Below, piece by piece: positions 27,400 through 40,200 of a DNA stretch of 64,000 nucleotides (within the stretch, counting starts at the first letter, position 1; each line of letters starts with the position of its first letter). The notes under the pieces were generated by a model. That model made no database searches. It was given only the letters and a program-made list of their open reading frames with translations, and had not been told where the DNA came from. Both the position numbers and the translations under genes were made by a program. Source of the DNA: Octopus vulgaris (Eukaryota); NCBI GenBank assembly GCA_951406725.2, contig OX597831.1:27528001-27592000 (forward strand), read 5' to 3'.

Positions 27400-29363
27400 T
27401 GCATATGTGAGTGTACATGCAGCAGGGTCTCTCACTCACCCCCTCCACAAACACACACACACACACACACAAATACACACATACACCCACATGCAGCTGT
27501 GATTTAATATTTATAGCAACTACAAATGTGAATGTCAGAAACAAGACCTTACGTGATGATGATGATGATGATGATAATGATGATGGTTGTGCTGGTGGTT
27601 GTTATGGTAACAGAGACAACCACGGGAGAAATTTTTGTTTTGCTTTGCTTTGCCTTGCTTTTGTGGACTGGCAGAATCGTGAAAAACATCAGATAAAATG
27701 CCTGGTGGTATTTCATACAATTCATTACAATCCGTGTTCAAATTCAGCTGGGGGTCAACTTGGCTTTTCAGCCTTTCAGGTGTCAATAAAATAAAGTGCA
27801 AAGTCAAGTACTGGGTTTGATATTATCTCAACTGACCCTTCTCTCTGCAATATTGTAGTCATGCACCTAAGAAACAGAAAAATGAGGAAGGGGGACAGAG
27901 GAGGCTAAAGGGGTTGACCAGACCTTTGTAGTTCCCGCCTCCTTCTGCTCAACTAGTGAGCAAGAGAAAGGGCCCTCAGAAATTCTAGGTTGGTATCCAG
28001 CATGCTGGAAGACCACTGGGAATGAGGCACCCCTTAGCTTTTGTCATAGCATGTCTCTAGAACCCATTTCAAATCCAAGCTACGTCTTCTCTGATAATTG
28101 GACAGTAATTTTTCACAAGCAGAGGCTAAGTCAATTACATTGACCCCAGTATTCAACTGGTACTTATTTTATTGACACCAAAAGGATAAAAGGCTAAGTC
28201 AACCTTGGCAGCATTTCGAACTCAGAATTCATTCAATTAAGATTCTTCAAGGTGGTGTCCCAGCATGGCCACAGTCTAATGACTGAAATAAGTAAAAGAC
28301 AACAGATCTTATATACCATCGAATATAGTATATGTACACTTTTATATTGTCATTATTAAGCAATATATTGATTTCAAATTTTGGCACAAGGCCAGCAAAA
28401 TCAAGAGAGTGGGGTGAATTGGTAACATCAACCCCAGTGCATAACTGGTACTTATTCTATTGACACCCTCAGCAGAATTTGAACTCAGAACATAAAGACA
28501 GACAAAATTCTGCAAAGCATCTTTGCCCAGCGTGCTAACAATTCTGCCAGAACCCCATGCAATGGTCAACAATCGACAGCAAGAAGAGCTGTTGCAGATT
28601 ACATTGCCCTGAAGTGTGTTATGCGTGTGGCTGAGAGGACCCACATGAGAACTTGTATTCCTTCTGAAACTCCGAACAGGATTCACTGGTCAGAATCAGC
28701 TCAAATCAACCCAGGCAAATGTTGCCATAAGTACATGTGAGTAATAAAAAGGAATCAGGTTGCTGTAAGGAGGATGCAGATCATTGCCCTTATCATTTTA
28801 ATGGTTTTTTTCTACAGCTGGATACCCTTCCTGTTGTTAACTGTCACCTGTTTCCAAACAAGGTAATATTTCGCCACGGCCAGACATGTTTTCCTGGAAG
28901 ATTGGAAATGAAGGACATCATTTCATGATGGTGACAGGTGTGGCTGTGTGGTAAGAAACTTGCTTCCCAACCACATGGTTCTGAGTTCAATCTTGCAGCA
29001 TGGCACCTTGGGCAACTGTCTTCTACTATGGTTACGAGCTGACCAAAGCCTTGAGAGTGGATTTGGTAGATGGAAACTGAAAGAAGCCCATCGAGTGTGT
29101 GTGTGTGTGTACGTATATATGTGTCTGTGTCTTTGTGTCTATGTTTGTCTCCTCCCACCATTGCTTGACAACCGATGTTGGTGCGTTTATGTCTGACAGA
29201 ATAAGCACAAGGCTCACAAAGAATAAGTCCCGGGGTCGATTTGCTTCAACTAAAAAGCAGTGCTCCAGTATGGCCACAGTCAAATGACAAACAAGTAAAA
29301 GAGTAATTTGCTTACAATAATCACATGAAGTCAAGGAAAAGATTAATACACACACAAACACAC

Positions 29364-29404
<41 letters not shown>

Positions 29405-30480
29405 CGCAAGAGTGGCTGTGTGGTAAGTAGCTGGCTTACCAACCACGTGGTTCCGGGTTCAGTCCCTTTGTGTGGCACCTTGGGCAAGTGTCTTCTGCTA
29501 TAGCCTCAGGCTGACCAAAGCCTTGTGAGTGGATTTGGTAGACAGAAACCGAAAGAAGCCTGTCGTATATATGTATACATATATGTGTGTGTGTGTGTGT
29601 GTGTGTTTACGTCCCTGTAACTTAGTGGTTCGGCAAAAAGAGACTGATACAATAAGTACTAGGCTTACAAAGAATAAGTCCTGGGGTCGATTTGCTCAAC
29701 TAAAGTTGGTGCTTCAGCATGGCCACAGTCAAATGACTGAAACAAATAAGAGAGTAAAAGACAGTATAATAATCCTATCTTCTATAGGACACAAGGCCTG
29801 AAATTTTGGGAGAAGGAGACAAGTCGGTTATATCAACTGGCACTTATTGTATTGACTCTGAAAGGATGAAAAGCAAAGTCAACTTTGGTGTAATTTGAAC
29901 CCAGAACATATAACAATTCAGAAGAAATGCCACTAAGCATCTTGTCCACTATTGATTTTACCAGATCACCGTCTTCTCCCTCTATGTATGATAATACTGA
30001 AGACAATAACAGTATAACTGTATTTGTCTAGTGACTTGATATGAGATTGTGGGTTGTGACAGAAGCCATTACATTGTGGAAGAACTATTTTAATAATACA
30101 CAAAGCAGTAAAATTCATTTAGAATTTATTTCCTGCAGTGTCATAATTTGTTATAATGTGATCTGGTCATTGACAATGATCACATGAATATTTTGACAAC
30201 TCACACAGTAAATTTAAATTTAAAAAGAATTTAAACAGCTTTGTGTGCTATTAAAATGGTTCTTCAATGACGTAAGTTATTTATGAAACTCTTTTATTCC
30301 ATTCAAATTTAGAGTAGTATCTTAGTGTAGCACTGTACAACAATGGTCTGACTGACTGATTAAATAAACAGACCAACAGACTTCAGTGACTGACCAAATG
30401 GCTGATAAGGTGGTAAGCTTTCAAGTTTTCCTTTATTCTTTAGATTTTAACACCATTTGAGTGTGGCCGTTACCAGTACC

Positions 30481-30708
30481 TATTTCTTTATTACCCACAA
30501 GGGGCTAAACACAGAGGGGACAAACAGGGACAGACATAGGTATTAAGTCGATTACATCAACCCCAGTGCGTAACTGGTACTTAATTTATCGACCCCGAAA
30601 GGATGAAAGGCAAAGTCAACCTCGGCGGAATTTGAACTCACAACGTAACGCAGACGAAATACCGCTAAGCATTTCGCCCGACGTGCTAACGTTTCTGCCA
30701 GCTCGCCG
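30481..30708 (-). mobile_element. Young copy of the second SINE family, nested in a (GAT)n-tailed SINE
   Basis: TSD CAGTACC at 30474-30480 and 30709-30715; CpGs intact. Confidence 0.85.
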
Positions 30709-31039
30709 CAGTACCACCTGACTGGCCCTTGTGCTAGTGGCACGTAAAAGCACCTACTACATTCTTGGAGTGGTTGGCGTTAGGAAGGGCATCCAGCTGT
30801 AGAAACTCTACCAGATCAAGATTGGAGCCTAGTGCAGCCTCTGGTTCGCCAGTCCTCAGTCAAATCGTCCAACCCATGCTAGCATGGAAAGTGGACGTTA
30901 AACGAAGATGATAATGATGATGATTTTACTTATTCAGATCCACATTGTCTTATCCAATCTGATCACTGTATTGATCAGACTACTGGATGTTTTACACCAC
31001 TAGCCACAATGAACTTCCAATTCTTTTTTTTTTGATTGA

Positions 31040-31600
31040 GCCCTTATTTTCCAACTTGGGCCCCAACCATTTAATTAAATCATCTTCCCATCGTCATGAA
31101 GGCTTTCCAAGTGGCCCTTTTCTGATCTCTTGGATACCACTCAGCAACAGTGTGGTTCCACCTGTTGTCTGTCAACCTTGCAACATGCCCAGCCCAGCAG
31201 AACCTGTGCTTCTGATATTTTGTGATCACATCTTTCCTGCTACCCCTTCTCTCAAATTACTTCATCTCATGTATGCTCTCACAATGATATTCCTAGCATG
31301 AATCTTTCCATGGTTCTCTTTTCAAAGTAGCCCATATTTCACTTGCATAAAAGAGCACAGGTTAAAGACACTGGCACACAGCATCTTGTCCAGCTTCTTT
31401 AAGTACATCTTTATTGAGGTAAACACCTTCCATCCTGCCCTTAATCTCCTCAAGGTTTCAATGTCCATGTCTTGGCAGACATACTCCTTTATTTTCTTGA
31501 TGCCAACACTTCTCACCTTTATTTGGCCTTGTGCTGCATTTTCCATGATTCCAGTCAATAACCAAATTATAACATTTTGAAAGATATCTTGCATTTATAG
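31040..31600 (-). mobile_element. Degenerate RTE-clade LINE fragment (C-terminal of RT)
   Basis: Broken frames give RRLRAGWKVF, RTMERFMLGISL and CWAGHVARLTDNRWNHTVAEWYPRDQKR, typical of RTE ORF ends. Confidence 0.85.
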
Positions 31601-32754
31601 ACTGACACTAGGAGAAACCCCTAAATCAGGGACACAGGATTCCCTTGCTTGCACTTAACTCTTCTGTTACAATATTTCTGTTGAAGGACATTCCCTTTAT
31701 TTCAGTAAATTCTTGAAAGATTGAAGAATTTACTAAAATAACTCATTAAGCTGGTCTTTAGAATGAATAAGAAATTTTGATGGAGGGTTTTAATTTAGTT
31801 CACTTCAACCCTTCAAGCATTTAGATTACCCTGTCCAATGTAACCCTTCTTTACTTGCAGCATTTTGAATTAATCAATGGCCTGATTGTTTATGCTTTGA
31901 ATGATATTATAAGGTAGGTGTAAGAGGCTGGATCTGGCCAGTTTGATTATAAAACAGGTAGAATGTTTGGGTTTGATATTGTTGGTTACAATAGGAATTT
32001 TGTATTATAGAACCAGAGATGGTCTTAGGAGAATTAGTAGAAAAAAAGTTAAAATTTGACACGATCCACCGACAGAGTCTCTAAAAACATCCCTGAATGA
32101 AAATAATGGTTTGATCCTGAACACCCAAGCACAAATTTGTAAAATTAAGTTTCATTTTTCTCAGCCAGGCACACTCACTCCCACCATAACGAACCAATTA
32201 TTAATTTAGTTTACTACAAAAAAGAGAAAAAAAAAACTTTATCCCCCCCCCCTCCTGCTCTTAGTAGTCAATTGACACACGAGAAAGAACAGCCGTATCT
32301 CCCTCAAATCACACCCTGCTAACTAAAAGAGATAAGAAAAGGCAGAAAAACCATTAGAGAAGATAGTCTCAGATACAGTCGTGAGATAGTGAAAAATAGA
32401 GGTTGGTATGGTCATGGTTGGAACGTCTTTGTAGGTTGGCAAGATGAAGGTTGTCATGACACAAAACAACACAGACAAGCAATTATAATTTCATTTCTTA
32501 AAATTATTTCTTAAACTGTGTCATGGTTTATGAAATATCAATGAAAAATACACTCACACACACAGTCACAGATGTTCCTCACCATTAATTTTATTCCAGA
32601 TCTCCATTAATTGTTTTATTAATTACATACAATTATTTATATTGATCTTAATTATATTGCTGGTTGGATTTTGTTAATTATAAAATTTCAGTCAACAGAG
32701 AAACAAAAATTGATGACTACACAATACAAGAAGTATTTTACCTTATTTTCACTA

Positions 32755-33835
<1,081 letters not shown>

Positions 33836-34325
33836 GTAGATGTGAGCATTTGTGTGAGAGAGTGTTAGTGCATGTACGAATGGAAATGTGTTTTAGCCAG
33901 AATGCAATGCATCAACATACCATCTGCCAAGATTGAAATTTCGGAGGGACAATCATTCCTAAAAAAAATTATTTTAAGGCATACACATCCATCACCTTCA
34001 TTCTTTCTATGTCCCTGTCTGCACCACTGCTATATAATTGTTGCTGCTAAACTGGACTCATCTGTCATTTTCACAACATCCTTTCATCCTTCTGGAGTTT
34101 CTAGCAACCCTTCTCACAAATCTAACCAGTCAAGGTACTGGTTTAGTAATCTATAACCTAATCATGTAACTAGTTCTACTACATTCTACGTTGTCAATAG
34201 TAATAAGAGATACATTAACAATGTTTAGTTTTGTGGCTTTAGTATATAGTACTGGACCAATTATCCAGTAAGCTTAGGACCAGAAGTGGCCTGGATTTCT
34301 GGGTTTTCCAATTTTCTGGAGATAA

Positions 34326-34585
34326 TAAAAATAAATAATAAATGCGCCCTTTTAAAGCCTAGCCAGGCTCATGGGCCTGGTTTCCCAGTTTCTATGGCAT
34401 ATGTGTTCCCCAGCTTTATGGGACGCCAGTCCATCGCAGCGTTACTCACGTTTGCCAGCTGAGTGGACTGGAGCAACGTGAAATGAAGTGTTTTGCTCAA
34501 GAACACAACACGTTGCCTGGTCCAGGAATCAAAACCACAATCTTATGATCGTGATGCTGACACCCTAACCACTAAGCCACGTGCC
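34326..34585 (-). mobile_element. tRNA-SINE with 14-bp TSD, inserted in an older DNA-transposon-like element (~34249-35344)
   Basis: TTTTCTGGAGATAA at 34312-34325 and 34586-34599. Host ends AGTACTGGACCAATTATCCAG and CTGGATAAAGCATCTGGTACT form imperfect inverted repeats. Confidence 0.7.
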
Positions 34586-36003
34586 TTTTCTGGAGATAAA
34601 CTAAATATAAATTAAACTATGAACAGTAAAGAACTAAATTGTGTTTAACAGGCTCTAATACACCTTTAAAACAGCGGCTCTTTGATATTTCTTAATGTAT
34701 TTAAAATGCTTAAAATATGCCGTATTGTATACTATATATACAACATGTTTATAGGATGAAAAGGAAAGAACATGATAAAGCACCAGAGCTGGTTCCACAC
34801 AAAAAGCAGCTGTGGTGGAGCCATGCAAAAAGCACAGGTGCTGGTACCATGTGAAAGACACTGGTGCTGCATAAAAAAACACCCAGTACACTGTAAAATG
34901 GTTGGCATTAGAAAGGGCATACAGCTGTAAAAACCAGCCTTTGTCAAACCATCTAACCAATGCCAGTATGGAAAACAAATGTTAAATAATGATGGTGATG
35001 ATGAGGTACAAGTACAAATTAAACAAACCTGTTTGCATTCACATTAACCTGTCAAATGCAATGCTAATTTATTCACACTGTTTTGAATTAATCATGCATT
35101 TGTCTTGTAGCTTGGAGATTTCAATGATGCAGTTTTTTTTTTAGAATGACATTGTAGGGTAGGTGTAAGAGGCTGAATCTGGCCAATTCATCTTCATAAA
35201 TCCACTTAAAACTGTTTTTAACACACTATGCAAATTAACCAACTTTAAAAGCAGGGTCTGTTTACTCAATACAGGATACAGTATATTGCACACTGTGGCA
35301 AAGTACTCCTGGGTTTCTGGAAGCTGGATAAAGCATCTGGTACTTTACTTACTTCAAAATATATTTATAGATTACAAAGTTTCTTTAAACCTATAAATCT
35401 AACGGATTTACGGGTCTCTATCACAGCACTTCTCACAAGTCTAACTGGGTAGGGTGCTGGTTCAGTTGTCTTTCACGCAACCACCTAGCAAGTTGTACTG
35501 TTACTATAACACTGAAATAGTGGGACCAATAAACTAATATTTAGTTTTCTAAATCTAAAATACTCATGGATTTATAGATTTCTAGCAGCTTTCTTCACAA
35601 GCCTAGCCTCGTGGGGTACTGGTTCAGTTTTCTATGACACGAGTACACAATATATTGTACTAGATTGTGTTACCAATAGTACTGAGACTGAGTGAGAGAG
35701 AGAGAGAGAGGGAGGGAGGGAGAATGAGAAAGAGAGAGAAAGAGAAGAGAGAGAGAGACATTAACAATGTTTAGTCTTGAGGCTATAATGCACTATAAAA
35801 TTTATAGATTTCAACCTATGTTGCATTTGTAAAAGAAATTAAAATACACAGAAAAATCATTAAAACAACCATCATATTCATTTTAACGTTCACTTTTCCA
35901 AGCTCACATGAGTCATGCAGAGTTCACTGAGGTAGATTTTACTATGGCCAGATACCCTTCCTGACACCACCCCTCACCTGTTTTCAAGCAAGGTAATATC
36001 TCC

Positions 36004-36233
36004 GTTATTTCTTTATTGCCCACAAGGGACTAAATATAGAGGGGACAAATAAAAACAGACAAAGCGATTAAGTCGATTACATCGACCTCAGTGCATAACT
36101 CGTACTTAATTTATCGACCCCGAAAGGATGAAAGGCAAAGTTAACCTCAGAACATTACGGCAGACGAAATACCGATAAGCATTTTGTCCAGTGAGCTAAC
36201 GTTTCTGCCAGCTCGCCGCCTTATTGTTATTAT
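36004..36233 (-). mobile_element. Second SINE family copy with 16-bp TSD
   Basis: GCAAGGTAATATCTCC at 35988-36003 and 36234-36249. Confidence 0.85.
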
Positions 36234-37006
36234 GCAAGGTAATATCTCCCTATGCCAAGATCACATCTTGCAGGATACTGGAAATAGTGATATGACACTC
36301 ATTTACAACTATCGCACAAATATCAAGACAAGAAGATACAAACATACACACACATATATATATATAGATAATGGGCTTCTACTAGTTTAACCTCTAGCAA
36401 ATCCATTCACAAGGCTTTGGTTGATCCAGGGACTGCCATACAGAGGGACTGAACCCAGAACCATATCTTTTTAAATTACTGGAACATTAATATTTTGTGA
36501 CAATGCTTTACTGTACCATAATATCGCCGTTGTTGTTTTCATGCCCATTATTCCACACCCGTGTAGGTCACACGGAACTCAAAAACAGATTTTCTATGAC
36601 TAGATGCCCTTCCTGTTGCTAACTATCTGTTTCCAAGAAAGATAAAACTTCAAGGCCAGAAACACTTTACACAGAAGATTGGTGCCACATAAAAAACAGT
36701 CCACTCTATAAGATGGTTGGTGCTAGGAAGGGCATCCAGCTGTAAAAACCATGCCAAAACAGAGAGAGAGAGGCCTAGTGCAGTCTCCTGGCTAACCAGA
36801 TCCTGTCAAACCACCCAACCCATGCCAGCATGGAAAATGGGACATTAAATGATGATAATTAGAATTGGAAATAATATTGTTTGTATAACAGTGACATTCT
36901 TTCCCTGACCATCTCACAAAATCAAAACAAACAGACACAAACACACAGGTTCATTTTAGTGTTTCCATCTACCAAATCCACTCACAAGGGTTTGGTTGGC
37001 CTAGGT

Positions 37007-37520
37007 CACGAATAGGGAAAGCCCCACCCACGCACGCTATTGCACCCACGCACCCACAGGCTTGTATACTCATATGTACAAAATATAGTAAATTTTTCAA
37101 TTATAAAATTTATACAATACTGGTTTGCCTCTTTGCAACATAGGCCATGTTTCCACTATGACTTAAAACGGTTAGACTCGAATAGAAAATCGTCTGGTAA
37201 TTGCCATTTGAATGGAAATTTTGTTTTTAATATAAAACACATATTGCTAGGTTTGTACCATTCCCTTGAGACCCAACTACACTTTAGATGAAAAATATAG
37301 AATACCTCATAAGTAATATAAACGTCCTAAATTCAGTGGTGGCATTAATGAATATGTTATGCATTAATTTAATGTGTTAAACTTATCTTTATTAATGTAT
37401 ATTGAATTATACATAGTTATAAACAAGACCTACATAGATTTAAGAGAATCTGTGATCTGCCTGCAGACCTTTACCTTAGGAAATTTTTGCCTACCGTACT
37501 AAAAAGTTTCCCCACCCTTG
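37007..37520. mobile_element. hAT-like non-autonomous element inserted in a SINE
   Basis: 8-bp TSD-like GCCTAGGT (36999-37006) / GCCTGGGT (37521-37528); right end AAAAAGTTTCCCCACCCTTG; left TIR diverged. Confidence 0.5.
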
Positions 37521-37899
37521 GCCTGGGTCGTTTCCATAAAAAAAAAAGTACAGTTCGGATCATATAATCCCTGTGTATTTCATGCGAATTAATGTATGTG
37601 GTTTCGCCAGGGACAGAATAACATCTCTTGTGCTAATGTCTTGCTGAAATGCATCCAGTACATTTTGTTAAATGGCTGGTGTTAGGAACAGCATCTGGCT
37701 GAAGGAATCATGTCAAAACTGGAGCATACAAGAAAGACAGGGTCCCTGGTACATTTAGGGATGGGGAGCAGTAACCCAATATAAGAAGTGACTCAGTCAT
37801 TGATGACTAACCAACCAGCATCGAAAAGTGAATAGGAAAATGATGACAACAAAGTAACTTTTTTTTACAAGTCATATTGAACATTTGTGTGTGTTTGAG

Positions 37900-38197
37900 T
37901 ATGTTTGAGTGTGTGTAAGTGCAAGTGAGTATGTGTGTTGCACGTGGGTGAATGAGGGCACGTGAGTGGATGAGGGCGCGCGAGTGGATGTGGGCATGCA
38001 AGTGAATGAGGGTGCGCGAGTCAATGTGTACGTGCGCAAGTCAATGTGTACGTGCGCAAGTCAATGTGTACATGCGCGAGTCAATGTGTACATGCGCGAG
38101 TCAATGTGCATGTGCACGAGTCAATGTGCATGTGCGCAAGTCAATGTGCATGTGCGCGAGTCAATGTGCATGTGCGCGAGTCAATGTGCGTGCAAGG
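37900..38197. repeat. 20-bp minisatellite (GTCAATGTGCATGTGCGCGA)n
   Basis: About 9 clean units from 38020, diverged units to the left. Confidence 0.92.
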
Positions 38198-38508
38198 TTA
38201 TAATCAACTGTATCGAGCTAAGTATTTTGTTTCACTGACCTAAGAAGAACAAGAACTAATGTTGGCCTAGGTGGGATTTGAACTCAGAAAGGAAAGAAAC
38301 GCAACTGAATGCGACAGTGTGCGTGTTCGTGTGTGCATGTATGCAAACACACACATGCATGTCTCTTTGCCACTTACTCCATATGGAGAGTCAAGATACG
38401 AGATATAAATGACACAGGATCATGAAATACAACACACACACAGACGCCAGGTGTCCTGAATGAACATGCCAGCAATCATACTTCAATATATTTAAATGCA
38501 GTCTATGA

Positions 38509-38547
<39 letters not shown>

Positions 38548-39097
38548 GAGAAAGAGTGTGTGTGTGTGATGTAGTACTTGATGGCTGAGTGACTTGGGTA
38601 GGAGACAACCAGCCAAGATGCGTATCTAGGTCGGCAGGATGCATTCTTATCAATAGATAGGTCCAGTCCATGCAGCTGATAATAGGGGAGTGTAAGGTAG
38701 AAACAGACAGCTACAGTAAGACTCAGCGACTGATCTAGATATTGCATATTAATGAAAGTAGTGGTCAGTTAAAATGATCGAGGGAACCCAGGCGTCGCCA
38801 CCAGCATGTGATGTCAATCTACCAACTGAAGGATAGAGGTGCTTCTCATGTTTGAATGAGTACGAAGGCTCATAAGCAGGAGTGATTAGTTTTATAACTA
38901 GGTGCCACACCTACAAATAATTCGCCAACCGCGTCCAATAAGCAGAGACAGCCATATTTTTGTTGAAGCAATCCAACAGACTCAGCAGGAGCTAGAGTCA
39001 CACTATTTTATACTTGACTTTAATCAAGAGAAAAAACAAAGGACGGAGAGAAAAAAAAAACTGGGCTTTGGTTCACACATTTGCAAAGTTAAAACTA

Positions 39098-39451
39098 TTT
39101 TCTTTATTATCCATACGGATTAACACAGATGGGGACAATACAATGTTTGGGGTCAACATGGGACTTTTTACAATAAAATCGGGTGGGTTATTTACAATAA
39201 TAATATTTACAATGAGATGAATTTACAATGAAAATTAAATAAGGACAAATAAACAAAATAAACAAATGAAGATAAAAGAACAGGATAGCCGACCCCACGA
39301 GCCCTGTTATTTCAGCTGAAACCTTTTGGTAGGCGATCATGGCATGTTTATGCAGGGCCTTTCACACCCAGCATCTGTGCTACACGCATCCATCTTTTTT
39401 TGAACATAGACTCTGTCAGACACCTTTTCTCTAGCTCCACCTTCCTCTTCA
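39098..39451 (-). mobile_element. 5'-truncated L1/Tx1-clade LINE (ORF2 C-terminus plus 3' UTR)
   Basis: 13-bp TSD AAAGTTAAAACTA (39085-39097, 39452-39464). Encodes LKRKVELEKRCLTESMFKKRWMRVAQMLGVKGPA* (stop 39350-39348), resembling Tx1 ORF2 ends; 3' end has AATAAAGAAA. Confidence 0.7.
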
Positions 39452-39699
39452 AAAGTTAAAACTACCAGGTGAGGTAGAGGGGTATGTGCCATTGCAGCAT
39501 GTTGCTGTATTCACTATCTGTTGGTATATGCCCAGGTCATTAACTGTTTGCCTTCAATTCTACTATCACTCCACCAACCCACACTCTCTCTCTCTCTCTC
39601 ATGCACACACACACACACACAATTGTACATTCTGTTATTCTTAAGTGGGTTTGGGCCAACAAACTTATGACTGAAGATTTCACTAAACAACTACTGGTC

Positions 39700-40200
39700 A
39701 GTGTCTTAGGTGCTCTGTGGGTATACTGCAGTAATCCTGAAGGTACACTGCAGTTATCCTATGGGCATATTACAGTTACGCAATGGGCACATTGTGGTTA
39801 GCTCATGCATACAATGTGAATGTCTCATGGGCACACTGCAGTTAAGCTGCGGGGCACATTGCAGTTGTCCCGTGGGCACGGTGCAGTTGCCCTGTGGGCA
39901 CGGTTCAGTTGCCCTGTGGGCACGATGTAGTTGCCCTGCAGGCATGCTGCAGTTGCTCTGCAGGCACACTGCAGTTGTCCTGTGGGCATGCTGCAGTTGT
40001 CTTGCAAGCATGCTTCAATTATCCCGTGGGCACACTTCAGTTACCCCGAGGGCATATGCCAGCTATCCTGAGGGTACATGCCGGTTATCCCAAGGACACA
40101 TGCCAGGTATCCTGAGGCTGGTTATCCCGAGGGCACACTGCAGTTATCCTATGGGCACACTGCAAACATCCCATAGATATGTGGTTCTGTGAGTGTACTG
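39700..40200. repeat. 21-bp minisatellite (GGGCACACTGCAGTTGTCCTAT-like)
   Basis: Diverged tandem units. Confidence 0.9.
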
